Source of the DNA: an uncultured Gammaproteobacteria bacterium
GTDB lineage: Bacteria > Patescibacteriota > Microgenomatia > Daviesbacterales > UBA10151
Assembly: GCA_964547465.1 (NCBI GenBank)
Contig: CAZJNI010000001.1
Span: 24,205 to 88,204, forward strand
DNA: 64,000 nt
Direction of reading: 5' to 3'
A program made the position numbers and the translations under genes. This document shows, piece after piece, positions 27,307 to 36,350 of this stretch (the first letter of the stretch is position 1; every line of letters begins with the position of its first letter). The notes beneath the pieces are model-generated. The model was not told the DNA's origin and made no database searches. It saw only the letters and a list, made by a program, of their open reading frames with translations.

Positions 27307-28449
27307 CTAATTGATCCTTACCGGCATAATTATATATTGCAAACCCTCAATCCCAACTGGTTTTACTCGCGCCGCAGAAAGCGGACCGGAAAACTCAATC
27401 ATAATTTGAGAAGCTGGTGCATTGGAAATTGCATCAAGCAAAAACTTGGAATTAAAGGCAATTTGAATCTGGTCTCCTTCAACATTTGCTTCAATCTCAT
27501 TTTGTTGGCTACCCATTTCTTTGGCAGATGATTCAATCTTCAAGCCATTTTCAGCCAAAGTTAAAACAGCTACATTAACCTCGCCTTTGGCAAAAACAGC
27601 TGCCAGCTTAACTCCTTTTAGAAGCTCTTCTTTGTCTACCATAACCCTGGAAACTATTTCTGTAGGGATAATTTTCTCCCAGGCCGGGAATTGTCCTTCT
27701 ATTAACCTTGAGGAAAGAATGGTTTGGCCCAAAGTAAATATGACCTGATTTTGGTCTGAAGAGGCTGACAGTTCAACTTTATCTATTTCTGTTTCTGAAA
27801 TAATCCTTAAAACCTCTTCATATGTTTTTTTTGGGATCAGGCTTTTAAACCCTTCGACTCGTCCGCCTTTGGCGGGCTCGCCCAGGGCAAGCTGTACTCG
27901 ACGGTGGGCCAGCCTAAAACCATCTGTTGCCACAAAATCAATTTTCCCATCCCCTACATCAGTCAGAACTCCTGTTAAAACAGGCCTTCCTTCATCCACA
28001 GCCGAGGCAAAAAGAATTTGAGAGGAGGACAAAAGAATATCTTTTGGCAGGGTTACCTTGGTTTTTGAGGATAAAGGGATAGCCGGGAATTCAGAAGCTG
28101 CAATTCCATTTATACTGGCTTTAAATTTACCACTTTCTAAAGTCAGTATCTCACCAGTTGTCTCTATGCTAATTTTAGCTTGGCCCAAACCGGAAATCAG
28201 TTCTATTAAGGTTTTGGCAGGAACAGTAATCTCGCCAGTTTCTTCAACCTCAACATTTATATGCCTTATTACACCAATCTCTAAATTTGTAGCTGCAATT
28301 TTTAATCTTTTGCCTGCTTCGCCGCCAGGCGAGCCATCAATGGCCAGTAAAATATTATCTAAAACAGGCAGGGTTGAGTGCACTCCTACAGATCTTCCCG
28401 CAGCTTGCAAGTGCGGCAAAATATCCTGTTGCAAAACCTTAAACTTCAT
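27307..28449 (-). CDS. dnaN: DNA polymerase III beta clamp
   Basis: ATNLEIG, G.ITVPAK, RPVLTGV, VATDGFRLA, SRLIEGQFP, IAFNSKFLLD, IMPVR. Confidence 0.97.
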   Translation of the reverse strand: MKFKVLQQDILPHLQAAGRSVGVHSTLPVLDNILLAIDGSPGGEAGKRLKIAATNLEIGVIRHINVEVEETGEITVPAKTLIELISGLGQAKISIETTGEILTLESGKFKASINGIAASEFPAIPLSSKTKVTLPKDILLSSSQILFASAVDEGRPVLTGVLTDVGDGKIDFVATDGFRLAHRRVQLALGEPAKGGRVEGFKSLIPKKTYEEVLRIISETEIDKVELSASSDQNQVIFTLGQTILSSRLIEGQFPAWEKIIPTEIVSRVMVDKEELLKGVKLAAVFAKGEVNVAVLTLAENGLKIESSAKEMGSQQNEIEANVEGDQIQIAFNSKFLLDAISNAPASQIMIEFSGPLSAARVKPVGIEGLQYIIMPVRIN

Positions 28450-28451
28450 TT

Positions 28452-28516
28452 TCAGTCGTCAGTCGTCAGTCGTCAGTCGTCAGATTTTGTCTGACAGCTG
28501 AAAGCTGAAGACTGAT
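28452..28516. repeat. Inverted heptamer-array hairpin, no cargo
   Basis: (CAGTCGT)x4-CAG, loop, CTGACAG-CTGAAAG-CTGAAGA-CTGA; abuts the dnaN start. Confidence 0.85.
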
Positions 28517-28518
28517 AG

Positions 28519-28977
28519 CTATTCTTCTCCCTTCTTGGCAGTAACAAACTTTTGAATTTCCTCTTCAGATACCTTAATCAACCTAAAATTAACTCTGCCG
28601 GCAGCAATTAGGTTTTTAATGTGTTTTTCCTCTTCTGTCAAAAGATGACTTATACCGGATTTAACTTCGATAAAATCAATTCTATCTCCATTTTTAATCC
28701 CAACAAAGTCAATCGGCCAACCTAAAGGGATAATCCGGTCATAATCATAGCGCAGTTCAGCATAAGTTAAAAGCTCTGCCATCCTGCCTTTTTGAGGGCT
28801 GATTGAACCTTGAATGACTTGCAAAACCCTGGCTGGTAAATCTTGAACCCCTTTGTATAAATCTATTAAGTCTGTTGGGATATCTTGCGGCTTTCTGCCG
28901 TGGAGTCTTCCTAAAAGATAAGCAATTACAATTCCGGCTAAAATAGCAATTATAATTGTCCAGTTAATGTTATCCAC
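28519..28977 (-). CDS. Membrane-anchored PD-(D/E)XK nuclease, Holliday-junction-resolvase-like (Endonuc_Holl)
   Basis: N-terminal TM; KGRMAE...LGWPIDFV...FIEVKSG...LTEEEKHIKNLIAAGRV. Confidence 0.78.
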   Translation of the reverse strand: MDNINWTIIIAILAGIVIAYLLGRLHGRKPQDIPTDLIDLYKGVQDLPARVLQVIQGSISPQKGRMAELLTYAELRYDYDRIIPLGWPIDFVGIKNGDRIDFIEVKSGISHLLTEEEKHIKNLIAAGRVNFRLIKVSEEEIQKFVTAKKGEE

Positions 28978-29146
28978 AAGAGGTTAGATTATACTACATA
29001 ATATTAATATAAATAGTAGTAATAATATGCTGTGTGGATATGTGTAAAAGCTATTTTTTGAGTTCAGTTTTGGGAGAATTTCGTGTGGGCAAACCCTTAT
29101 TTTTTGTGCAAATCTTTGTGGATAACTACTGAATAGTTGTGGATAA
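28970..29146. other. oriC: Replication origin oriC (DnaA boxes, DnaA-trios, AT-rich unwinding region)
   Basis: TTATCCACA 28970, TGTGGATAT 29033, TGTGGATAA 29117 and 29138; AT-rich 28990-29028 ending TAGTAGTAATAATAT-GCTG-TGTGGATAT; between dnaA and dnaN; the + strand looks more G-rich to the right. Confidence 0.85.
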
Positions 29147-30454
29147 ATTTTGTTTTACTTCGCCCATCATCCTTTGAACCTCCCTGTTGTCCACAAGCAG
29201 TTTTTTAATCCTGTCCCGCCCGTGCATGACTGTGGTGTGGTCCCTGCCCCCCATGATCTCGCCGATTTTTTCAACTGTTAAATTTAGATCTTCAGATAAT
29301 ATATGCATAGCAATATGACGGGGCAGCACCAGCCCTTTTATTCTTCTCGGCCCGATTAAATCCAGTTGTTTGATGGAAAAATACTCACAAACCTTCATGA
29401 TAATTTGTTTTGGTGTCAGGTTTTTTAAACCGGCAGCCTCTTTTTTGCCAAGCAATTTGCCGATATTTTCCGGGGTTGGTTCTATTTGCTTTGTTTTTAA
29501 AGCCTGCAGAATCTGAATAAGTTTTCCTTCTAAATCTCTGGCGTTTGTTTCAACAGATCCGGCGATCAGATTAAGGGAAGGCTCATCCAAAAGATACTTT
29601 TGCTCAACACACTTATTTTTAAGTATGGCCACCCTGGTATCAAAATCAGGAGTCTGCATATCAACCATTAGCCCTCCCTGGAAGCGGCTTTTAAGACGAT
29701 CCTCGAGCTTTGCAATCTCGTATGGGGGTCTGTCTGAAGTAATGACAATTTGGGAATTTTTAGAAGAAAGCTCATTGAAGGTGTGGAAAAACTCCTCCTG
29801 GGTGCCTTCTCTGCCTGAAAAAAACTGGACATCGTCAATTAGTAAAATATTGACGTTTCTATAACGGGAGCGGAAAATACCAAATTGTTTTGTCTGTAGA
29901 GCTTCAACATAGTCATTGGTGAATTTTTCTGAAGAGCAATAGTTAACCTTGGAGCCGGGATATTTTTTCAGTACAGCGTTGCCTATTCCCAGCATCAGAT
30001 GAGTTTTCCCGACACCGGTTCCCCCGTAGATAAAAAGTGGATTATAAGAAGTGCCCGGGTTTTGAGCAACAGCTTCTGCCGCAGCGTAAGCCAGATTATT
30101 AGTAGGTCCTACCACAAAGTTTTCTAAAGTAAACTTAGGATTAGGCCGGGAAATTTGAGTTTGTACAGGCTGGAAAAATTCTTCCTCTGTTTCAGGTGCT
30201 TCTACATCTGCCTCTTTTACTGTAAATTCCACAATAACTTTCTGATCCAAAAGTTTTTCGAAAGTATCCTCAATTAGTTTGTTATATTTTTGCTGCAGAT
30301 TTTCCTTTATAAAAGCTGAAGGGGTTGATAGAACAACTTTGTTTCCCTCCCTCCCCTTTAAAAGAGTTTTGATAAAATAGGCCTTAAAATTATCCGGGCC
30401 TACTTCTGGTTTAATAAGCTGTAAAAATTTGTGCCAAAGTCTTAAATTATCCAT
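29126..30454 (-). CDS. dnaA: Chromosomal replication initiator DnaA
   Basis: YNPLFIYGGTGVGKTHL, LLIDDVQF, QEEFFHTFN, RDHTTVMH; ATG 30454 preferred. Confidence 0.98.
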   Translation of the reverse strand: MDNLRLWHKFLQLIKPEVGPDNFKAYFIKTLLKGREGNKVVLSTPSAFIKENLQQKYNKLIEDTFEKLLDQKVIVEFTVKEADVEAPETEEEFFQPVQTQISRPNPKFTLENFVVGPTNNLAYAAAEAVAQNPGTSYNPLFIYGGTGVGKTHLMLGIGNAVLKKYPGSKVNYCSSEKFTNDYVEALQTKQFGIFRSRYRNVNILLIDDVQFFSGREGTQEEFFHTFNELSSKNSQIVITSDRPPYEIAKLEDRLKSRFQGGLMVDMQTPDFDTRVAILKNKCVEQKYLLDEPSLNLIAGSVETNARDLEGKLIQILQALKTKQIEPTPENIGKLLGKKEAAGLKNLTPKQIIMKVCEYFSIKQLDLIGPRRIKGLVLPRHIAMHILSEDLNLTVEKIGEIMGGRDHTTVMHGRDRIKKLLVDNREVQRMMGEVKQNLSTTIQ

Positions 30455-30476
30455 ATTACAGGGAGGGATGGGAAGG

Positions 30477-30512
30477 TTATCCACAATTTAATCTTAATTT
30501 GAGTTTTCCACA
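30477..30512. promoter_or_regulatory. DnaA boxes upstream of dnaA
   Basis: TTATCCACA 30477-30485 and TTTTCCACA 30504-30512. Confidence 0.75.
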
Positions 30513-30575
30513 ATATAGAGAAACTATTAAAAACTAGATCAAAATTTTTTAGGCTTTTTATGTTAAAATATTTAT

Positions 30576-30779
30576 ATGCAAATTTGGGATTATCAAATAG
30601 ACAAAAACTGGCAGCCGAAAACCCCAAAACAATGGGAATGGTTTTTGGTGCGCCAAATAAACTATGGCCATTTTAAAGGAATAAAAAAGGAAGTTATAAA
30701 AAAATTTCTGCCCAAAATTAAGAAGCTTTTGGATCCTGGGAAAAAAGCCATGCTGGAAAACTTCTTAAACTTAAAATAG
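30576..30779 (+). CDS. Small partner (putative antitoxin) of AbiEii-like nucleotidyltransferase
   Basis: IWDY...WFLVRQINYG; stop abuts the ATG of the next gene. Confidence 0.7.
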   Translation: MQIWDYQIDKNWQPKTPKQWEWFLVRQINYGHFKGIKKEVIKKFLPKIKKLLDPGKKAMLENFLNLK

Positions 30780-31454
30780 ATGGAATTAACCAAAGGTCAA
30801 AAAACCGCTTTATCTTTACTGGCAGACTCCTCTCTGCGCGGTAAGTTCTATTGGACAGGAGGAACGCTGCTTGCTTATGAGTATCTTCAACACAGATTCT
30901 CGGAAGATTTGGATTTTTTTAGTGAAGAAAGCTTTCCCTTTGATGAGATTAACAACTTTATTCAAGACCTTAAAGAAAAAGGACATTTTGGAAAAGTGGA
31001 GTACCAAAAAATCTTTGACAGGCATCAGTTTTTACTTAAAAATAAGGAAGAGTTAAAAATTGAATTCGTCCACTACAATCACGATAAAAAAAGATTAGGT
31101 AAAAAAAGAGAAGTTTTGGGTGTTTGGGTAGACTCTTTGGAAGATTTGGCTGCCAACAAAGCTTTGGCCTATTTTGACAGGAATGAACCAAAAGATTTAT
31201 TTGATATTTATTTTTTGTTAACAAAAGGCAAATTTAGTTTAAAAAAGTTATTGGAACTGGCTTTGAGAAAATTCGGGGTTAAATTGCCTGAGAGTTTGTT
31301 TTGGAGCGAGGCTTTTAAAAAGATTGGGTTACTCTCTAAAATAAAACCACTGCTTCTGGAAAAAGATAGTAAAAAGAAACAACAGCTTTTGGATAAAGTA
31401 GAGCGCTATTTTAAAGAAAAATCCGTCCTTTATTTGAGAAAAAATCTGCAGTAA
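30780..31454 (+). CDS. AbiEii/AbiGii-family nucleotidyltransferase toxin
   Basis: TGGTLLA..YLQHRFSEDLDFF; ANKALAYFDRNEPKDLFDIY. Confidence 0.88.
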   Translation: MELTKGQKTALSLLADSSLRGKFYWTGGTLLAYEYLQHRFSEDLDFFSEESFPFDEINNFIQDLKEKGHFGKVEYQKIFDRHQFLLKNKEELKIEFVHYNHDKKRLGKKREVLGVWVDSLEDLAANKALAYFDRNEPKDLFDIYFLLTKGKFSLKKLLELALRKFGVKLPESLFWSEAFKKIGLLSKIKPLLLEKDSKKKQQLLDKVERYFKEKSVLYLRKNLQ

Positions 31455-31572
31455 CCCGCAGCAGAGAAACTACTTAAAAACTAGATCAAAAATCCTGTTG
31501 TATGTTGACGCCTTTTTCTATCAGTGTCGTTTACTTTACATAATGCAGCCGGGGGTGTAAAATTAAGTCGCA

Positions 31573-31929
31573 ATGGGAATGACGCAAGTTGCTTTAAAGA
31601 TTAAAAATCCTCAAAAACCCTCCAGTGGGTTTAGTGGTAAGTTTTTAGTTGATAGCGGCGCAACCTATACGGTGGTACCCGAGGATATACTTAAGGAATT
31701 AGGGATAAAACCAAAATGGGAGGAAGAATTTTCTTTGGCTGATGGACGGATAATTAAAAGATGGGTAGGTAATGCTTTGTATGAATTCGAGGGGAGAGAG
31801 TCAGCAGCCCCAGTCTTATTTGGAGAAAAAGATGACAGTTTACTATTAGGAACTTTTACACTGGAAGCATTAGGTTTAACATTAGATCCTTTAAAAAGAA
31901 AATTATATAAAGCTTTTTTGAGAATGTAA
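31573..31929 (+). CDS. Clan AA (retropepsin-like) aspartic protease
   Basis: [30 protein letters not shown]. Confidence 0.88.
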   Translation: MGMTQVALKIKNPQKPSSGFSGKFLVDSGATYTVVPEDILKELGIKPKWEEEFSLADGRIIKRWVGNALYEFEGRESAAPVLFGEKDDSLLLGTFTLEALGLTLDPLKRKLYKAFLRM

Positions 31930-31934
31930 TACAT

Positions 31935-32072
31935 ATGCCGAAGAGGACGTACCAGCCTAAAAAATTAAAAAGGGCTAAGAAACATGGGTTTTTGTCCAGA
32001 ATGGCAACCCGTGATGGGGCTAAAGTAATAAATAGAAGAAGAGCACAGGGTAGAATAAGACTGGCAGTTTAA
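31935..32072 (+). CDS. rpmH: 50S ribosomal protein L34
   Basis: Manual translation: [45 protein letters not shown]. Confidence 0.97.
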   Translation: MPKRTYQPKKLKRAKKHGFLSRMATRDGAKVINRRRAQGRIRLAV

Positions 32073-32404
32073 TGCTCCCTAAATATCAACGTTTAAATTT
32101 AAAAAAAGATTTTAAATGGGTTGCATCCGGCAGGAAACTTGAGACTCAAAACTTAAAACTTTTTGTAAAATTAGGAGAAAATATAAACCCCAGAATCGGA
32201 ATAGCTGTTTCTTCTAAAAACTTTAAGAAGGCTCATGAAAGAAACAGAGCTAAACGTTTAGTTTATCAAGCTTTCCAGTCCATCATCCGCCTTCTACCTC
32301 CCGCCATCAATATTATAGCTCTTCCCAAAACCAGTGTGATTGGTGTAAAATCATCTGATCTGGGAAAAGAGCTGGAGAGTATTTATGAAAAAATTATTGA
32401 TTAA
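32072..32404 (+). CDS. rnpA: RNase P protein component
   Basis: RL..KKDF, PRIGIAVSSK, KKAHERNRAKR; synteny. Confidence 0.95.
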   Translation: MLPKYQRLNLKKDFKWVASGRKLETQNLKLFVKLGENINPRIGIAVSSKNFKKAHERNRAKRLVYQAFQSIIRLLPPAINIIALPKTSVIGVKSSDLGKELESIYEKIID

Positions 32405-32585
32405 TCTAATAACCTTTTATCAAAGATATTTATCTTTTGACCGTGGTTTCCTGGCTATTCTTGCTCCTGGTGGGGCCTGCAAATACCAGGTCAGCTGTTC
32501 TGAATATACAAAAATAGCAATTAGGGATTTTGGGGTGTTTAAGGGAGGTTTAATGGGAGCAAAGAGAATTTGGAGTTGTAGATGA
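32385..32585 (+). CDS. yidD: Membrane protein insertion efficiency factor
   Basis: FYQRYLS...CKYQVSCSEY...KRIWSC; synteny. Confidence 0.9.
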   Translation: MKKLLINLITFYQRYLSFDRGFLAILAPGGACKYQVSCSEYTKIAIRDFGVFKGGLMGAKRIWSCR

Positions 32586-33430
32586 AAGAGATTGGGGATA
32601 TCTTTAATTTAGTTTTCATGGGTCCGGTTATAAATTTGCTGGTGTTAATCTTTCAGGGTTTACAGGCTATTCATATACCCGGTGCCTTAGGTTTTGCCAT
32701 AGTATTTTTAACTGTTTTAATAAGGATTTTAGTTTGGCCTTTTATGTCAAGTCAGATAAAAGCCACTAAAAAAATGGCAGATCTTAAACCGCATTTAGAT
32801 GAGTTAAAGGTAAAACATAAGGGTGATAAACAAGGACTAGCTTCTGCCCAGATGGCTTTATACAAAGAACATGGGGTTAACCCGGCAGGAGGATGTTTGC
32901 CGGCTATAATTCAAATCCCCATCTTTATTGCTCTTTATCAATCAATCATTAATATTTTGCCAGGAGCAGGCGGGCATATAGAAAACATCAATTCGCTTTT
33001 ATATTTTCCACAATTTAAGCTTTCAGGAAACTTAGATCCAAATTTTTTCGGTCTTAATTTAGGGCTAAAACCATCTGAATTTGGAAGTCATGGAATTTTG
33101 CTTCTTTTAATACCACTGGCTACAGCAGCTTTAACTTTTGTGCAGTCTAAAATGGCTCTTCCTAAAGTAATTAAAACCTATCCTTCGGATTCTCCAAAAG
33201 AGAAAAAGGAGAAGGAGGGAATTGAAGAGAGTATGGGGGCAGTGCAGTCCCAAATGGTTTATATGATGCCTATAATGATTGGCTATTTTGCTTTTTCTTT
33301 CCCCATAGGCCTTGCAATTTACTGGAATACGTATACAATACTGGGGATTATCCAGCAACATCGGATTTCCGGCTGGGGAGGAGCCGCGGACTTTGTCAGC
33401 GGAATTAAAAATTTAAAATTTAAAATTTAA
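32582..33430 (+). CDS. yidC: Membrane protein insertase YidC
   Basis: LTVLIRILVWP, LYKEHGVNPAGGCLP..IQIP, GLAIYW. Confidence 0.95.
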   Translation: MKEIGDIFNLVFMGPVINLLVLIFQGLQAIHIPGALGFAIVFLTVLIRILVWPFMSSQIKATKKMADLKPHLDELKVKHKGDKQGLASAQMALYKEHGVNPAGGCLPAIIQIPIFIALYQSIINILPGAGGHIENINSLLYFPQFKLSGNLDPNFFGLNLGLKPSEFGSHGILLLLIPLATAALTFVQSKMALPKVIKTYPSDSPKEKKEKEGIEESMGAVQSQMVYMMPIMIGYFAFSFPIGLAIYWNTYTILGIIQQHRISGWGGAADFVSGIKNLKFKI

Positions 33431-33455
33431 AATTTGGGAAGAAACAACAAAAACC

Positions 33456-33986
33456 ATGGAACAGCAACTAAGTGACGTATTAGATAATATATTAGGGTTA
33501 TTACTCCTGGAGGGGAGTTATGATATAGAGGAGAAAGAAGAGGGGTTTTTAGTCTCTGTTGATACAAAAGATGCAGGCAGATTAATTGGAGTCAGAGGAG
33601 AATCACTGGATGCTCTGCAGCTTATTTTAAATCAGATTATGTCCCGCAAAACAGGGGAAGGTCCGTCAGCTGACGGATTTAAAAGAGTTATTTTAGATGT
33701 AGGTGGTTGGAGAAAACAAAGAGAAGAAGAGCTTTCCAAAAGTGCTGTTGATTGGGGTAAACAAGTATTAGATTCGAAGGAAGAGATGGAGCTGGAACCA
33801 ATGTCTGCCTGGCAAAGAAGAATTGTACACACAGTAATTGGAGAGATTAAAGGCTTGGAAACAGAAAGTGTTGGTGAGGGAAGAGACAGACATATTGTAA
33901 TAAAGTTAAAAGGCAAAAGTGAGAAGGCAAAAGGAAAAAGCCAAAAAGAAGACCCAAACACAGATGCTGAAACTGAAGAAAGCTGA
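33456..33986 (+). CDS. jag: Jag/KhpB KH + R3H RNA-binding protein
   Basis: LIGVRGESLDALQ, LEPMSAWQRRIVH, TESVGEGRDRHIVI. Confidence 0.9.
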   Translation: MEQQLSDVLDNILGLLLLEGSYDIEEKEEGFLVSVDTKDAGRLIGVRGESLDALQLILNQIMSRKTGEGPSADGFKRVILDVGGWRKQREEELSKSAVDWGKQVLDSKEEMELEPMSAWQRRIVHTVIGEIKGLETESVGEGRDRHIVIKLKGKSEKAKGKSQKEDPNTDAETEES

Positions 33987-35142
33987 AGAAACCCTTTTCT
34001 TCCTAACCATTCTTTTTCTGCCAACACAACTGGGGCGGCATTTCTGGCCACAATTTTCTTTTATTTATTCCCTGCCTGTAGATTACCTTTCCCCGACCCT
34101 TTATTTTTGGGATATTTTGGTTTTACTTCTTTGGCTGACCTTTCTTTTAAGCGGCAAACATATAAGTAAGCTTGCGTTGTTTTTTTTCTATTTTTTTATC
34201 TTAACTCAAGCTTTGTCTTTAGTTTTTAACCCGGATTCGCTGGGAGCAGGTTTTATAAGGCTGGAACAATATGTCATCGCAGGATTATTCGGGGTATATA
34301 TTGCAAGTAATAAGTTTTCAGTTTTAAGTCCCAAGTTATTTTGGCCTTTGGGATTGGCAATATTCGGGGAATCAGTTTTAGCAATTTTACAGTTTTTAAA
34401 AGGAGCCAGTATAGGATTTTGGGTCTTGGGTGAGCGGACTTTCTCTCTGACCAGTCCTGGAATTGCTAAATTTGATTTTTATGGAACGGAGTTTTTAAGA
34501 CCATATGCTACTTTTCCCCATCCAAATGTTTTGGCTGGTTTTGTCTTGATCACGCTACTGCTTATGCCTGTGCGCCGGACTTTAGCTATTTTAGGAGGCT
34601 TGGTCATTCTTTTAACAGTATCCAGAGCCACAATTGCTGCAGCCTTTATATCAACAATGTTTACTCTAAAAACCCAAGGCAGAAAATTAATTATTATAAT
34701 TTCTATATTACTCCTGCCTATTTTATATACCAGATATTCCTCTGTATTCAGCTTTGATAACTTAACACTTCACAGAAGAGAAGAGTTAGCATTTACTGCT
34801 TTTAACTTATGGCGTACAAATCCTTTATTCGGGGTGGGTTTAAATAACTTTATTCCTACAGCAGCTGACTCCCTGTTAACCGGCCCAAGCAGGTTTTTAC
34901 AACCAGTACATAATATTTTCCTGCTGACTCTTTCTGAAACCGGGGTAATCGGGTTAATCGGGTTAATCGGGCTGATAGGCTATCCGATATTGAAAAAATT
35001 TCAAATTTCAAATTTCAAATTTCTAATTATTTGGGCAGTAATAATTTTTTTAGGGCTTTTTGATCATTATTTTTTAACTCTGCCTCAAGGGTATAGACTA
35101 CTTTTTCTAATATGGGGAATATCTTTATCCATGCTAAAATAA
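33964..35142 (+). CDS. O-antigen ligase-family membrane protein
   Basis: RPYATFPHPNVLAG, LLTVSRA, PLFGVGLNNF, PVHNIFLLTLSETG. Confidence 0.88.
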   Translation: MLKLKKAEETLFFLTILFLPTQLGRHFWPQFSFIYSLPVDYLSPTLYFWDILVLLLWLTFLLSGKHISKLALFFFYFFILTQALSLVFNPDSLGAGFIRLEQYVIAGLFGVYIASNKFSVLSPKLFWPLGLAIFGESVLAILQFLKGASIGFWVLGERTFSLTSPGIAKFDFYGTEFLRPYATFPHPNVLAGFVLITLLLMPVRRTLAILGGLVILLTVSRATIAAAFISTMFTLKTQGRKLIIIISILLLPILYTRYSSVFSFDNLTLHRREELAFTAFNLWRTNPLFGVGLNNFIPTAADSLLTGPSRFLQPVHNIFLLTLSETGVIGLIGLIGLIGYPILKKFQISNFKFLIIWAVIIFLGLFDHYFLTLPQGYRLLFLIWGISLSMLK

Positions 35143-35147
35143 TTTAA

Positions 35148-36350
35148 GTGAGCCAATTTTTAAAAATTCTTAATCAAACCTCCTGGCAGATTTCAGGTAA
35201 AGTTGTAACTGCAGTTACAACTTTTGTAATTTTGGGGATAATTGCCAGAAATTACGGCGAATCTGGTACCGGTGTTTTTACTTTAGCCTTAACATACCTG
35301 GCTATCTTCTATTTGCTGACTGATTTTGGTTTTAATGCACATGTCCTGAAAAAAGTTCAAAGTTCAAAGTTCAAAGTTCAGATAGAAGAATTCAGAAAGT
35401 TGCTGGGGACAAGGATATTATGGTCAGCAGTACTGATGATTTTTGCCGTATGGCTGCTTCCCTTTTTGCCCTTTGCCAGTCCTCAATTTTACCAGGCTGT
35501 TTTGTTTGGCAGTTTAGCAATTGTTGCCTCCGGAATATTTATTACATGTAATTTGATTTTTCAAAGCCGCCTGAAATACGACTTATCTGTTATAGCCTCA
35601 AGTATTGGGGTAATTCTTGGTTTGGTTGTTGCTTTTTATTTATCGTCTTTTAAATATCCAGTCCCTTTTTTACTTTTAGCCCATCTTTTAGGTTGGATGG
35701 TTATATCCGCGGCGGCACTTGTTTTAATAAAGAGACTTTCATATGTAATTTTTCCAATATACGATAAAGGATACACCATAAACTTATTTAAACAGTCTTG
35801 GCCAATTGGGGCAACGTTACTTTTAAACGTAGTTTATTTTCGGGCTGACGCTTTTATGGTAGCTTACTTCAAAGGCGTATCCGATGCGGGTATTTATAAC
35901 GTTGCTTACAGCGTTTTTCAATCAGCTTTGGTCCTGCCTACCTTTATTATGAATTCATACTACCCGATGATGCTTAAATCATTCAGGGGTATTAAATTTG
36001 TGGGCTTAAGTTTATTTTTATTGGCTACACTGGGAACTCTGCTGACATTTTTTATGGCTCCGTTTATCACCAGTATTCTGACAGGAGGCGGATTTTTGGG
36101 ATCTTCTCAAAGTTTACAAATTCTATCCCTGGGATTTCCGGCGTATTTTTTGTCAGCGCTCTTGATGTGGATTTTAGTGACTAGAGGTAGGTATAAAACT
36201 TTACTTATAATCTATATATCCGGGCTGATAATAAATCTAGCTCTAAACTTTATTTATATACCGCAAGATTCATTTTATGCTGCTTCCTGGGTAAGCGTAA
36301 TTTCTGAATACTTGATTTTGGTCTTACAGCTTGTTAGTCTTCTTCTATGA
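35148..36350 (+). CDS. Wzx-type oligosaccharide flippase
   Basis: Many TMs; DFG, VYFRADAFM, AGIYNVAY, LNFIYIP. Confidence 0.88.
   Translation: MSQFLKILNQTSWQISGKVVTAVTTFVILGIIARNYGESGTGVFTLALTYLAIFYLLTDFGFNAHVLKKVQSSKFKVQIEEFRKLLGTRILWSAVLMIFAVWLLPFLPFASPQFYQAVLFGSLAIVASGIFITCNLIFQSRLKYDLSVIASSIGVILGLVVAFYLSSFKYPVPFLLLAHLLGWMVISAAALVLIKRLSYVIFPIYDKGYTINLFKQSWPIGATLLLNVVYFRADAFMVAYFKGVSDAGIYNVAYSVFQSALVLPTFIMNSYYPMMLKSFRGIKFVGLSLFLLATLGTLLTFFMAPFITSILTGGGFLGSSQSLQILSLGFPAYFLSALLMWILVTRGRYKTLLIIYISGLIINLALNFIYIPQDSFYAASWVSVISEYLILVLQLVSLLL

Larger units (their letters stand above)
30517..31491 (+). repeat. Direct repeats flanking the AbiEii cassette
   Basis: AGAGAAACTA-TTAAAAACTAGATCAAAA 30517-30544 and AGAGAAACTACTTAAAAACTAGATCAAAA 31463-31491. 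Confidence 0.85.

Noticed and set aside
30455-30484. Longer dnaA start MDNLPIPPCN
   Set aside because: Arises from a DnaA box (GTGGATAAC); ATG 30454 gives a more typical N-terminus.
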